This document shows, piece after piece, positions 18,992 to 28,879 of a stretch of 64,000 nucleotides of DNA. This DNA comes from an uncultured Candidatus Saccharibacteria bacterium (GTDB lineage: Bacteria; Patescibacteriota; Doudnabacteria; UBA920): contig CAZHIA010000004.1 of the NCBI GenBank assembly GCA_964532425.1, forward strand, positions 83,740-147,739. Direction: 5' to 3'. The first letter of the stretch is position 1. Each line of letters begins with the position of its first letter. Under the pieces are notes generated by a model. That model ran no database searches. It saw only the letters and a program-made list of their open reading frames with translations, and was not told the DNA's origin. A program made the position numbers and the translations under genes.

Positions 18992-20377
18992 ATGTCCCCA
19001 CAGCACACAACATTTGACGGTTTGGGCATTGCTCCAAAACTCCTGGAGATTTTGGACAAGCTCAACTTCGTCACACCCACCCCGATCCAAAGCCAGTCCA
19101 TTCCTGAGGCTCTCACCGGCAAAGACGTAATGGGCATTGCTCAAACCGGAACCGGTAAGACTCTCGCATTCGGCATCCCCATGCTGCAGCGACTGGTCCA
19201 GCATAAAGGCAAAGGACTCGTCCTGCTCCCCACACGCGAACTCGCCCTTCAAGTCAATGAATCGCTCCACCGGGTCGGTACTCCGCTCGGCTTGAAAACC
19301 GCCATCTTAATCGGCGGTGAAAATATGAACAAGCAGCTGAAGCAGCTGAAGACCAATCCCCACGTCATTGTCGCTACACCCGGGCGCCTTATTGACCACT
19401 TAGAGCAAGGCACTGTCCGCCTCGGCGATGTTAAAATTTTAGTTTTGGACGAAGCCGACCGCATGCTCGATATGGGCTTTGCCCCGCAGATCAATCGCAT
19501 CTTGCGGACCGTTCCCGAGGCACGCCAGACTATGTTGTTTAGCGCTACTATGCCGCCCGAGATTATGAACATCACCAAGCAGTATATGAAGCTGCCCGTT
19601 CGCGTGGAAGTCGCTCCCCAGGGCACCGCAGCGCAAACCGTGACCCAGGAATTATTCTTCGTTAACAAGGAAGATAAGCTTTCCCTTCTCTCGAATATTC
19701 TCAAGGAATATAAAGGCAGTGTTTTGGTTTTTACCCGCACTAAGCACGGTGCTCGCAAGGTCGCCAAAGCGGTGCGAACGATGGGACACACTTCGGCCGA
19801 GATCCATTCCAATCGCAGCCTCAACCAGCGCCTGGAAGCGCTCTCCGGCTTCAAGGTCGGCAAATACCGCGTCATGGTCGCTACTGACATTGCTGCCCGC
19901 GGCATCGATGTGACTGGCATCGAGTTAGTCATCAATTACGACTTACCGGAGCAAGCCTCTGACTACGTGCACCGCATCGGCCGCACTGGCCGGGCCGGCC
20001 ACGAAGGAAGAGCTATCTCGTTTGCCACGCCTGACCAAAAGTTCGATGTGAAAGCTATTGAAAAGCTCATCAAGAAACAGCTACCGGTGTCCAAGCTCCC
20101 GGAACTGCCCAAGCGTCCGGCACCCGAGTTCTCCGCTCCTTCATTTGGAGGATCCAGAACGCCGCAGCGACAAGCCCAGGAAAGCTATGGCTCTCGCGGC
20201 AGATTCCGGCCCGCACCGAGATCCAAACCTTTGCGCAGCCCGTTTGATCGGAGCCACAAGCAGAAGCCGGCCAGCAACAGACCATCCCCTCTCTCAGACC
20301 CCATACCTCGCACCGGCTACTTCATGCCCCGCAGACCGCGGCCACCTCGCCGTAAGAGCAGCCTATTCGGAGAATAA
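18992..20377 (+). CDS. DEAD-box RNA helicase (RhlE-like)
   Basis: Q motif TPTPIQ, AQTGTGKT, PTRELA, TPGR, DEAD, SAT, ARGID, HRIGRTGRAG; basic tail. Confidence 0.97.
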   Translation: MSPQHTTFDGLGIAPKLLEILDKLNFVTPTPIQSQSIPEALTGKDVMGIAQTGTGKTLAFGIPMLQRLVQHKGKGLVLLPTRELALQVNESLHRVGTPLGLKTAILIGGENMNKQLKQLKTNPHVIVATPGRLIDHLEQGTVRLGDVKILVLDEADRMLDMGFAPQINRILRTVPEARQTMLFSATMPPEIMNITKQYMKLPVRVEVAPQGTAAQTVTQELFFVNKEDKLSLLSNILKEYKGSVLVFTRTKHGARKVAKAVRTMGHTSAEIHSNRSLNQRLEALSGFKVGKYRVMVATDIAARGIDVTGIELVINYDLPEQASDYVHRIGRTGRAGHEGRAISFATPDQKFDVKAIEKLIKKQLPVSKLPELPKRPAPEFSAPSFGGSRTPQRQAQESYGSRGRFRPAPRSKPLRSPFDRSHKQKPASNRPSPLSDPIPRTGYFMPRRPRPPRRKSSLFGE

Positions 20378-20381
20378 ATTC

Positions 20382-20413
20382 AAAACACGCCATCATCCAG
20401 ATGGCGTGTTTTT
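20382..20413. terminator. Bidirectional intrinsic terminator
   Basis: aaaacacgccatc-atcca-gatggcgtgttttt. Confidence 0.8.
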
Positions 20414-20442
20414 CTGTAAAGAAGTATTTTTAAATCTTATGA

Positions 20443-20745
20443 TTACTTGGTCTGCACCCGCGGCTTTTCCTGCCCGGGAAGATTAATACCTTTCAAAAAA
20501 TCTTCCACGCTCTTGGCTGGGTCAGCCTGGAGCTGCTGCGTTTGGTCGTAAAGCTGGTTGACTTTGGCAATGTAGGGCTGCAAATAGTAATATGCCCAGA
20601 CCAGCGGCGCCACTATGATGATGATTTTGACCACGCCCCACGCTTTGGCCCAGGCCGCATCCCGCCGCATAGCATGCAGCATGCGGTTATTCTCTTCGGA
20701 TAGCTGGATGGCACGTTGAAGCAATTGTTGTTCTTCGGGAGACAT
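20443..20745 (-). CDS. Small single-pass membrane protein
   Basis: Start reset to MSPEEQQLL; LSEENNRMLHAMRR + TM + YLQPY. Confidence 0.7.
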   Translation of the reverse strand: MSPEEQQLLQRAIQLSEENNRMLHAMRRDAAWAKAWGVVKIIIIVAPLVWAYYYLQPYIAKVNQLYDQTQQLQADPAKSVEDFLKGINLPGQEKPRVQTK

Positions 20746-20788
20746 AGTTCCAATGTTAAATATAAATACTTGGTTGAGATTTATTTGT

Positions 20789-21235
20789 TTACTCCTGCTT
20801 TCTCTCCTGATCAGACAACTCTTCCAATACCGCTGTCTGCTGCAGGTAACTGAGCGATTGGAACTGAGTAATAAGTTCCTGTTGTTCCTGATCCGGGATA
20901 TCTGTAAGTAACGCCCGGAACGCTTCCAGGGTTTCTGGATGTTCTTGTACCACACGGAACCCTTTGCTTCCTACAAAATCAGCGAATGCAAAGCTAAAGG
21001 ATTGCTCGGAAGGATCAAGCGGAATGGAACAAAGCACCCACTTTTGATCATCTTCTATATACCTATCCTGCCGCCCTAATAAACCGTTCGCGCTGGCTTG
21101 GTCAAGCAGATCCCGGAGCGCCGGAATTGAACCATCTACAACAACAGTCCCCTGCGGCCCGTGTTCGAAACCTCCGCATTCGATTCCTTCCTGGTCAAAA
21201 ATTTTCCAACGCAATACCAACGTTTTTCGTGTCAT
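20789..21235 (-). CDS. Hypothetical acidic protein coupled to the upstream protease
   Basis: ATGA overlap with 21232..22497. Confidence 0.65.
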   Translation of the reverse strand: MTRKTLVLRWKIFDQEGIECGGFEHGPQGTVVVDGSIPALRDLLDQASANGLLGRQDRYIEDDQKWVLCSIPLDPSEQSFSFAFADFVGSKGFRVVQEHPETLEAFRALLTDIPDQEQQELITQFQSLSYLQQTAVLEELSDQERKQE

Positions 21236-22497
21236 GTGCCAGCATGCTCCTGTGCGCGCAGTTGCGCGAAATAAGGATGAAGGATGCGATTGCTCGAATT
21301 TTCGGATACCGCACTATAGTTCTTCTGTCCCTTGACGCAGTCATATCCCGGAGATCCTCGTTTCAGCTGGCTAACGACAATACGGGCATCTTTGACATTC
21401 AGTGACCCCGGATCCTTATAATACGCTTCAACAATCTCCGAAAAATACTCCCGTGCCTTTAAATATGTTTGTGTGTGCGCATCCTTATTGTTTATTGACT
21501 CAACGTAACTTGAATTGTACCGATCGTCGCTCGAGAGGCGGTCTGCCAGCTGTAGGGCAAGCTTTTGGCGTTCCTCGGGATTCATATATGGATTCGTCCA
21601 ACAGTCATTTCCATGAGCCACTTCATGCGGCAACGTACTGAAGACCTCCGTGGGAGAGCTTGTGGCCGACGACGAATACGTTACCTGGGCTTCCCCGATC
21701 GTATCACACCGCTCGCACTGGGCAAGCGCCTTGCCGTCTTTAATGTTGTACAGACTCGGTATAGGAATCTCTCGGTTAACGATATCAATCCTCTTGAACC
21801 TCATATACACCCAGGCGGGCGGGAGACTCTTTAATCCGTTCCGAATCTCTTCAGATGTAATCTCGAACTCGTCATTCACGGATCTTTCAACCACTCTCCC
21901 GTCTGCTGAAGAACTACTGAGTGTATAATTCTTGAATTTCGCTTTGAACTGCCCGACTTGAACATTTCGCACTGCCCGTTCGGAATCAAGCGAAGTGTCA
22001 ACAATCAGGCCCTCACCTTTGAACAAATCTTCCGCCCACTCCCCATAAATATCCCTCACTTGTTTTGCCTCGGCTGTTTCCGGACCATGCTCTTCTTTTG
22101 TACCACTGCCGTGTTCGGAATCCTGAGGGATTGTCCGTTCTGTTTTTGACCTTGGATGCCGCTCTAAATATTCACCGCCGACATAAATTCCGAACGCGCC
22201 AATCAAAGCTCCGTAGGTAGTCGCCTTCAGGAGCAGGTTGCTGATGCGGGCTTTTTTTGCACGCGCTCTGTTCGCAACAGCCTCCTGGGCTGCCGCGCCA
22301 TACGGCGAGACAACATCCCAATGTTCAAAGGGAATAGTAGTGTCCGATTTCGGAGTTCTTTTATCCTCCGTCCGTCTCGCACTCGGAGGATTGTCTTTTC
22401 CGGTATGACTGACTTTTTCTGGCTGCCGTTTGAACGGCGACACAACATCCCAGTGCTTGTTGATTTCGTCTTCACTGAACTGCGGGTATTCTTTCAT
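21232..22497 (-). CDS. Membrane-anchored zinc metallopeptidase-like protein
   Basis: TM at ~aa 90-108; HEVAH plus downstream REYFSE (gluzincin-type). Confidence 0.7.
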   Translation of the reverse strand: MKEYPQFSEDEINKHWDVVSPFKRQPEKVSHTGKDNPPSARRTEDKRTPKSDTTIPFEHWDVVSPYGAAAQEAVANRARAKKARISNLLLKATTYGALIGAFGIYVGGEYLERHPRSKTERTIPQDSEHGSGTKEEHGPETAEAKQVRDIYGEWAEDLFKGEGLIVDTSLDSERAVRNVQVGQFKAKFKNYTLSSSSADGRVVERSVNDEFEITSEEIRNGLKSLPPAWVYMRFKRIDIVNREIPIPSLYNIKDGKALAQCERCDTIGEAQVTYSSSATSSPTEVFSTLPHEVAHGNDCWTNPYMNPEERQKLALQLADRLSSDDRYNSSYVESINNKDAHTQTYLKAREYFSEIVEAYYKDPGSLNVKDARIVVSQLKRGSPGYDCVKGQKNYSAVSENSSNRILHPYFAQLRAQEHAGT

Positions 22498-22525
22498 GTA
22501 CAGGTCTTAATGAATATATTTAGCT

Positions 22526-23539
22526 TCACCGCGCGTACTCTCTGCGGTATATCGTCATCAGCGCCACCAACAGGGCCATAAGGATGGGGCCGATGAGAAA
22601 GCCGATAAGTCCGAAAAACTCGATGCCACCGAGAATGGAAAATAGAATGAGAAGCGGGTGCAGATTGGCGCGCGAACCGATCCAGCGCGGGCTGAAAATA
22701 TTATCGATCGTCCCGATGGACACCAGCGACCAAATAGCCAAGCCAATAGCCGCGCCAATGTGTCCGGTAATGAGCAGGTAAGCGCAAGCCGAACCGAGCG
22801 ACAGGGTCGTTCCCAATGTCGGCACGAATGCCGCCAAGACCACGAAGATCGCCCAGAGAAACGGCGACGGGACATGAAAAATGTAGAAACCGATTACCGA
22901 AGCGGTGCCCTGCGCCAGAGAGGTGAGAAATGAGCCCTGGACCACGCCCTTGATAGCCTGCTCGAGCTGGTCAGCGATAGCCTGTTCATGTTCGCGTGAC
23001 AGTGGCAAGACTGAGCTGATAAACTCCCGCAATTGCCGGCCGTCCCTCAGCAAATAATATACCGAGATCAGCACCAGGAAGAACGAAATCATGAATCCGC
23101 CGACATTGGAAAGGATGGCAGTGGCGGATTTGAATGCATTGGTAGAAAAGCCCGCCATCCAGTTATGCAGGTTGGCATTGGCAAAATCCACGACGCTCTG
23201 CAGCCAGTGCGGCCAGTGGTGGGCGGTTGTGGTCGGTATCAGCGTGCCGCCAGCTTGATAATGGTTATAAACAGTTACCACTTCGTCTACCACTGCCCTA
23301 CCGACAAAAGAAAGTGGAATGAGGACAACAATAAGAATGAGCAGGACGGTGGCGAAAGCGGACCAGCCTGGCGATGCAATTCGCGCATTGAACCGGTGAA
23401 AGATAGGATAAAATAAAATCGCAAAAATCCCGGCTAGCAGAATCAGTCGTAAAAATGGCCAGACAATGGCGCCGACAAATAACAAAACAAGCCCCAACAG
23501 AATAAGCAAACTAATGGATTGTGCGCGATGATTGTCCAT
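22526..23539 (-). CDS. AI-2E family transporter
   Basis: Multi-TM; YYLLRDG, AFVPTLGT, GTIDNIFSP, LHPLLILFSILGG..GFLIGP. Confidence 0.92.
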   Translation of the reverse strand: MDNHRAQSISLLILLGLVLLFVGAIVWPFLRLILLAGIFAILFYPIFHRFNARIASPGWSAFATVLLILIVVLIPLSFVGRAVVDEVVTVYNHYQAGGTLIPTTTAHHWPHWLQSVVDFANANLHNWMAGFSTNAFKSATAILSNVGGFMISFFLVLISVYYLLRDGRQLREFISSVLPLSREHEQAIADQLEQAIKGVVQGSFLTSLAQGTASVIGFYIFHVPSPFLWAIFVVLAAFVPTLGTTLSLGSACAYLLITGHIGAAIGLAIWSLVSIGTIDNIFSPRWIGSRANLHPLLILFSILGGIEFFGLIGFLIGPILMALLVALMTIYRREYAR

Positions 23540-23548
23540 GAGATAGTA

Positions 23549-23621
23549 AACATTTAACATTTAACCTTTAACATTTGACCTTGGATGAGTTAGATTGGTT
23601 AAATGTCAGGTGTCAAATGTT
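23549..23621. repeat. 7-nt periodic inverted-repeat element (empty)
   Basis: aacattt aacattt aaccttt aacattt gacc - spacer - ggttaa atgtcag gtgtcaa atgtt. Confidence 0.75.
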
Positions 23622-23631
23622 TGCCTCAAGC

Positions 23632-24648
23632 TTATTCCTTCATCCCGAGCTGATAAATTTCCAGCAGCGCCATAAATCCTGCGGTAATGATCGGTCCTAA
23701 CAGAAATCCCAAGTAGCCGAATAGCTGAATACCTCCGATGACGGACAACAGCACCAAAAGTGGATGCAAACGCGTCTTGCTGCCAATCAGGCGGGGGCTA
23801 ATGATGTTGTCGATGGTGCCGACAGCAGCAGCACCCCAAATAGCCATGCCAACCGCTGCACCGACATGGCCGGTAAAGAATAAATACAGCACGGCGGGAA
23901 TAATAGAGATGGAAGTACCAATATTCGGAACCAAGGCCGCCAAGACCGTGAACGCTCCCCACAGGATTGGCTGCGGCACACCGAAGATTATGAAACCAAT
24001 GGTGGCCACGCCGCCTTGAACCAACGCGACCAGAAAAGAACCTTTGACCACGCCGTTAATAGCCTCTTCAAGCTTTTGGATCATGACGCTTTCGTGTTCA
24101 CGGGACAACGGGAAAGTCCGGTTGAAAAAATCTTTCAAGTGCGACCGGTCCTTGAGCAAGTAAAAAACGGAGAAAAATACTATGAAAGCGGAAAAGATAA
24201 AACCGGCCACGTTAGTAATGAGGCTGGTTGCCATATGGAAGGCATTATCGGTCAAACCGGAAATTTTACTGCCCAAATCCTGGTTCAAGTTCCCCACTAC
24301 GCCGCGGAACCGTTCAGGCACATGGCTTGCCAGATCGTTGACATCAAAAACGATCCCAGAATTGCGGTACTGGGTATAGACGTGCAATAACTCTTTCCAG
24401 AGCAGCGTGCCAATGAGCCATAACGGAACAATCACGATCAGCAAAATAATAATGACCGTGACCAGGGCCGCCCAGCCTTCGCTGTTGAGGCGCCTGGCCA
24501 GCCGCTGGTGGACCGGCTGAAACAGCACGGCCAAGATGCCGGCCAGGGCAAGCAACTGGAGATATGGGAAGAACATAAATAGGACCAGGAGTCCGGCCAA
24601 GACCAACAGCGTAAAAAAACCGATAACTTGGAGACGTTGATTGTTCAT
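23632..24648 (-). CDS. AI-2E family transporter (paralog)
   Basis: FYLLKD, ALVPNIGT, GTIDNIISP, LHPLLVLLSVIGG..GFLLGP. Confidence 0.92.
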   Translation of the reverse strand: MNNQRLQVIGFFTLLVLAGLLVLFMFFPYLQLLALAGILAVLFQPVHQRLARRLNSEGWAALVTVIIILLIVIVPLWLIGTLLWKELLHVYTQYRNSGIVFDVNDLASHVPERFRGVVGNLNQDLGSKISGLTDNAFHMATSLITNVAGFIFSAFIVFFSVFYLLKDRSHLKDFFNRTFPLSREHESVMIQKLEEAINGVVKGSFLVALVQGGVATIGFIIFGVPQPILWGAFTVLAALVPNIGTSISIIPAVLYLFFTGHVGAAVGMAIWGAAAVGTIDNIISPRLIGSKTRLHPLLVLLSVIGGIQLFGYLGFLLGPIITAGFMALLEIYQLGMKE

Positions 24649-24654
24649 ATATCA

Positions 24655-24751
24655 AATCTACAAATGAATGCCAATATACAGATAACTACGGATTCCTGTT
24701 ATGCAGTATCTGTAGTTATTTGTAGATTTGCTACTATCTGTAGATTGGCAT
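24655..24751. repeat. CTAC(A/G)GA-type periodic inverted-repeat element (empty)
   Basis: atctacaaat..atacagat aactacggat - spacer - atctgtagtt atttgtagat..atctgtagat. Confidence 0.7.
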
Positions 24752-24769
24752 CTTTTATTATAGCAATAA

Positions 24770-24798
24770 TTGACAAATTCTGCATTTTAATGTATTAT
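24770..24798 (+). promoter_or_regulatory. Sigma70 promoter for typA
   Basis: TTGACA-N17-TATTAT. Confidence 0.65.
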
Positions 24799-24842
24799 TA
24801 CCCCGGTTGCCCGGAAGGTGAGGGCACTTTTTATTTGCAAGG

Positions 24843-24919
24843 CACTGATAAACGCAGATTTGCAACGGATACACACAGATTTATCCGTGTTAATCAGTAG
24901 TTAATCCGTGTTAATCAGT
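24843..24919. repeat. ~10-nt periodic inverted-repeat element (empty) in the typA leader
   Basis: cactgat..cgcagat..aacggat..cacagat / atccgtgttaatcagt twice. Confidence 0.7.
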
Positions 24920-24928
24920 TTTATATAT

Positions 24929-26857
24929 ATGAAAAGAGACAACATCCGCAATGTAGCCATTATCGCCCACGTTGACCATGGCAAGACCACCCTGGTCGAC
25001 GCCATGCTCAAGCAGACTCACACGGTTAAGGACAACCCTGACCAGAAGGACCTGATCATGGACAGCATGGACTTGGAGCGCGAACGCGGCATTACCATAC
25101 GCGCCAAGAACGCGTCTTTAATGTACAAGGACGTGAAAATCAATATCGTTGATACTCCCGGCCATGCCGACTTCGGTGGCGAGGTGGAGCGGACTTTGCG
25201 TATGGCTGACGGCGTACTGCTCCTGGTGGATGCCAAAGAAGGCCCCATGCCGCAGACCAAGTTCGTGCTCAAAAAGGCCCTGGAACTGGGACTGAAGGCC
25301 ATTGTAGTGGTTAATAAAGTAGACAAGCCCGATGCCCAGGTCGACCATACCGTCAACAAGACGTTCGACTTGTTCGTGCACTTAAATGCCAACCACGAAC
25401 AGCTGGACTTCCCGATCATCTATGCTTCCGGCGTAAAAGGCCTGGCGGACGAAAACCTGGATGCGCTCCTGGCCAAAATCAAAAATAATGCGGAGCCCGA
25501 TGTTATTCCCCTGTTTGATGCCATCATCGAGCACATTCCCGCTCCGGACGTAAAACCGGAGGACCCGTTTGCTATGCTCGTCCTAGCTTTAAAATACGAC
25601 AACTACAAGGGCAAAATGGGCATTGGCAAAATAGTTTCCGGATCCGTTAAGAAAGCCCAAAACATTATACGCATCACGGCTGATGGACAACGCACGAGCG
25701 GCAAAATCACTTCAATGCAAATGTACGAAGGTCTTATTCCCGTCGACGTGGAAGAGGCCGCAGCCGGCGATATCGTCGCTCTGGCGGGATTCGATGACGT
25801 GTCCATAGGCGAAACCTTTACCGATCCGACAAGCCCGATCCACCTGGAACCGGTCCAAATAGAACCACCTACTATCAAAATGACTTTCGGTGTTAACACT
25901 TCCCCATTCGCCGGCAAAGAAGGCAAGTTCGTAACCTCCCGCAACCTGCGCGATCGCTTGTACAAAGAATTGGAGATCAACGTTGCCCTGAAAGTTGAGC
26001 CTTCCGAAGAGGGCGCGGAAAGCTTCTTGGTTTCCGGACGAGGCGAACTGCATTTGGGCGTACTGATCGAAACCATGCGGCGCGAAGGCTTTGAGCTGCA
26101 GGTATCCCAGCCACAGGTAATTTTCCATTATATGAAACCGCTCGACGGAACCCCTGCCCCCCATCAGCATGTGGAAACCATCGACGGAAAACAATTCGTC
26201 GCAACCACCCCGGATGACCCCCAGGCGACTAGATTCGAGCCTTACGAAGTTGTCACCATAGACGTGCCGAGCGAGTATCAAGGTTCTGTCATCGAAGAAA
26301 TGGGCAAACGCGGTGGCGTTATGCAGCACATGGACTCCTCCGGAGAGAACAGCGAACTCCATGCCGAATATCTCATCCCCACCCGCGGCTTGATAGGACT
26401 CAAGAACCTGCTGCTCACCCGCACCCGCGGCACGGTCATCATGAACAATTTGTTCGATTCCTATAAGCCGGTGCATGAGATTGACACCCACGCCAATGAC
26501 CATGGTTCCCTTATATCCAGCGAGTCCGGCGTTTCTAATGCGTACGGCCTCAACAACGCCCAGGAGCGCGGCATCCTGTTCATCGGCCCGGCTGTGGAAG
26601 TTTACGAAGGCATGGTGGTCGGCAAGAATGCCCTTGATTCCGACCTGGAGCTGAATGTCTGCAAGACCAAGAAACTCACCAACATGCGCTCCTCGGGCGC
26701 GGACGACGCCATCATTCTCACTCCCGCACGCCCGGTGGAACTGGACTTCGCTCTGGAATATATCGGCCCCGACGAACTGGTTGAAGTCACCCCCTTGTCC
26801 ATTCGCATCCGCAAGAAGATTCTCAATGCCATCGAACGCAAGAGAGCAAACAGATAG
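24929..26857 (+). CDS. typA: Translational GTPase TypA/BipA
   Basis: RNVAIIAHVDHGKTTLVD, ERERGITI, DTPGHADFGGEVER, GRGELHL, KKLTNMRSSG, ELVEVTP. Confidence 0.98.
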   Translation: MKRDNIRNVAIIAHVDHGKTTLVDAMLKQTHTVKDNPDQKDLIMDSMDLERERGITIRAKNASLMYKDVKINIVDTPGHADFGGEVERTLRMADGVLLLVDAKEGPMPQTKFVLKKALELGLKAIVVVNKVDKPDAQVDHTVNKTFDLFVHLNANHEQLDFPIIYASGVKGLADENLDALLAKIKNNAEPDVIPLFDAIIEHIPAPDVKPEDPFAMLVLALKYDNYKGKMGIGKIVSGSVKKAQNIIRITADGQRTSGKITSMQMYEGLIPVDVEEAAAGDIVALAGFDDVSIGETFTDPTSPIHLEPVQIEPPTIKMTFGVNTSPFAGKEGKFVTSRNLRDRLYKELEINVALKVEPSEEGAESFLVSGRGELHLGVLIETMRREGFELQVSQPQVIFHYMKPLDGTPAPHQHVETIDGKQFVATTPDDPQATRFEPYEVVTIDVPSEYQGSVIEEMGKRGGVMQHMDSSGENSELHAEYLIPTRGLIGLKNLLLTRTRGTVIMNNLFDSYKPVHEIDTHANDHGSLISSESGVSNAYGLNNAQERGILFIGPAVEVYEGMVVGKNALDSDLELNVCKTKKLTNMRSSGADDAIILTPARPVELDFALEYIGPDELVEVTPLSIRIRKKILNAIERKRANR

Positions 26858-26864
26858 CCAGGAC

Positions 26865-26896
26865 AACATTTGACCTGTGACATGTGACAATTGACT
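26865..26896. repeat. 7-nt tandem repeat (half element)
   Basis: aacattt gacctgt gacatgt gacaatt gact. Confidence 0.65.
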
Positions 26897-26925
26897 GAAA
26901 ACCCCGCCCTGTTGGGCGGGGTTTT
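26897..26925. terminator. Bidirectional terminator
   Basis: aaaaccccgccc-tgtt-gggcggggtttt. Confidence 0.8.
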
Positions 26926-26936
26926 GTCGATGTTCA

Positions 26937-27749
26937 TTATTGATTGGATGGAGCCGTGGCCGTTGTAGAGGGTGTCGTTGCCGCGGCCTTAGCCTGACAG
27001 GTCTTCAGAAGTGTATCACGATTCTTGAGAGCTGACTCATTCTTACTCTTCCGGCTGTCACCAGCTGCTTTCATGGCTGCTTTTCTTGCGTCCTGAACTT
27101 TTGATACCGCATCTTTGCGCTTAGCATTGGCCGCCTGCACGGCTTTCTGGAAGGCTTCGTTTGCCGCTTTGATCGCAGTCTGCCGGGCCTCTTGGGCTTT
27201 CTTTACCGCACTCGCATAGGCAGCTTTTGCCGCCTTGATCGTTTCCGGGCTCGTCGTACCAGCCGCAGCTATTGTGCTTGCCCTGGTGGATGATGCCGCT
27301 GCTACTGCAGCCTTATATGCATCTTGCGCTTTGGACATGGCTGTCTGGCGGTCGTCTTTGGCTTTCTTCATTTCCGCTTGATATACCGCTATGGCATCCT
27401 TAGAACTGCTGGCATATGTTTGCTGGGCAGCCTTGATGGCTTTGGTATATTCCGAAGTGCTGCTTGCTATAGTTTGGCGGTACGCCAGGCGTGCCGCTTC
27501 GTTATCTTTTATGCATTGCTGAAGCGCCTGCTGATTTGCCTGGCGCTGCTGCTGAAATTGAGTCTTTTGCGCTTCCCGTACGGTCTTCTGCTGTTCCAGA
27601 AGGTCTTTACGCTCCTGCTGCTGCTGTTGCCGCAAAGGCGTTGGTGAGGGCGCGGCGCCGGTGTCTGCCGCAAAGACGGCCATGCTTGGCGCGAGCATGC
27701 CGGCAGAGACTGCCACTGCCGCAGCTATTTTTATCATTCGATTGTGCAT
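26937..27749 (-). CDS. Secreted Ala/Lys/Gln-rich coiled-coil protein
   Basis: Signal peptide ending VFA; long helical A/K-rich repeats bracketed by two Cys. Confidence 0.75.
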   Translation of the reverse strand: MHNRMIKIAAAVAVSAGMLAPSMAVFAADTGAAPSPTPLRQQQQQERKDLLEQQKTVREAQKTQFQQQRQANQQALQQCIKDNEAARLAYRQTIASSTSEYTKAIKAAQQTYASSSKDAIAVYQAEMKKAKDDRQTAMSKAQDAYKAAVAAASSTRASTIAAAGTTSPETIKAAKAAYASAVKKAQEARQTAIKAANEAFQKAVQAANAKRKDAVSKVQDARKAAMKAAGDSRKSKNESALKNRDTLLKTCQAKAAATTPSTTATAPSNQ

Positions 27750-27834
27750 ACTGTTTTTGTATCTCCTCCCCCGCTCGGCGGGCATGAATGGTTGTTTATA
27801 CTATTATACCACAGGCTTACATATTTCCATGGCC

Positions 27835-28815
27835 CTATGCCATCAATTGCACGAGAATGAGATCGAGCAGCACGCGCGGGGGCGTCTGACTGGTCTTTAA
27901 TTCTTCGTCCAAATGCTCGAGCTTGTTGAGCGCGTCGATGACGCGGGCTGCGGGAAAACGGCCGGCGATTTTTTTCATAACAAAAACCCTGCCGCTCTTC
28001 CAGCCGGTCTTAGCCAGAATCTCTTCCTCCGGCACGCGCCGCTGCACAAAATCCTGGATCATAGCAACATTCCGAAATTGTTCCGAGAGCAGTGCATTCA
28101 ACTGGATAATACCGCCCTTCTCATCTGCACTGGTATTATCCTTCAAAAATCGCTGAATAAGTTGTATGGTCTTCAGCTTGTCTGAGTCTGCAATCGCATT
28201 CGTAATCTCCAAGGCATCAGCCTGAACCCCGGTCTCAACAAGCGCCTGCACCGCATCCGGCGTAATCTCTCCGCCGTCGGCATAGGCTAATAGTTTTTGC
28301 AGTTCGCTTTCGGCCTGCCACAAAGTGAACGCTTCCTCAACCGAGACCACCTTGCCGCCGAACTTCGTTTCCTTGCAGCTGTCGCGCCCGAGGGCCCGGG
28401 CTAGAGCATCGGCAGCTTTCGGACTGAGCGTGGCGCCGGCTTTCCGTGCCCGCGCAATGAGCCACTGGTCGAGTTCTTTGCCGTGCGGCAATAAAAATTC
28501 CTTGACCGTGACCGCTTTGTTATCCAAAATCTCTTTGTTCACCTTCACCCGCTTATCGACCGACGGTGCGCAGAGAACCACATGATTCGGACTTTGGGCG
28601 ATCTTTCCGAGTGCCGAATCCAGCACAGCCGGCTGGACATCTTCCAAAATAAATAGTTTGGGCTTACTAAAAAGATTTTGCTCTAAAAACACCTGCGCAT
28701 TCGGCAGTTCCTGCGGGCCCCGGAACGTCTGCACTTCCAAAGAGCCTTTTTTTGCCAACTCAGCAAGCTCTTGGCGTTTGGTAAAATCATCAGGTCCAAG
28801 ATAGATGGAAAGCAT
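27835..28815 (-). CDS. holA: DNA polymerase III delta subunit
   Basis: IYLGPDDF, NLFSKPKL, VDKR, ELQKL, LDEELKTS..LLDL pattern. Confidence 0.8.
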   Translation of the reverse strand: MLSIYLGPDDFTKRQELAELAKKGSLEVQTFRGPQELPNAQVFLEQNLFSKPKLFILEDVQPAVLDSALGKIAQSPNHVVLCAPSVDKRVKVNKEILDNKAVTVKEFLLPHGKELDQWLIARARKAGATLSPKAADALARALGRDSCKETKFGGKVVSVEEAFTLWQAESELQKLLAYADGGEITPDAVQALVETGVQADALEITNAIADSDKLKTIQLIQRFLKDNTSADEKGGIIQLNALLSEQFRNVAMIQDFVQRRVPEEEILAKTGWKSGRVFVMKKIAGRFPAARVIDALNKLEHLDEELKTSQTPPRVLLDLILVQLMA

Positions 28816-28848
28816 GTAGGTAGTGTACCATTTAACCGCAAAGCCATC

Positions 28849-28879
28849 AAAAAACCGTCCTGCCTAAGGCGGACGGTTT
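28849..28879 (-). terminator. Intrinsic terminator
   Basis: aaaccgtcc-tgcctaaggc-ggacggttt with A-tract. Confidence 0.65.

Noticed and set aside
19249-19935. 228-aa minus-strand ORF and similar antisense ORFs over the giant adhesin, pilB and pilC
   Set aside because: Shadows of well-supported genes on the opposite strand
20746-20955. N-terminal extension of ORF 20443..20955 (likewise extensions to 13759, 29883, 46111, 48888, 55376, 62869)
   Set aside because: They overlap neighbouring genes, promoters or repeats; internal Met starts fit better
24799-24832. SRP RNA-like CCGGAAGG loop
   Set aside because: Lacks the CAGG/AGCAG internal loop and the long stem
23549-24919. CRISPR array
   Set aside because: Repeats are 7-10-nt degenerate units without unique spacers, and there are no cas genes
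25712-26890. 392-aa minus-strand ORF
   Set aside because: Antisense shadow of typA with no recognisable motifs
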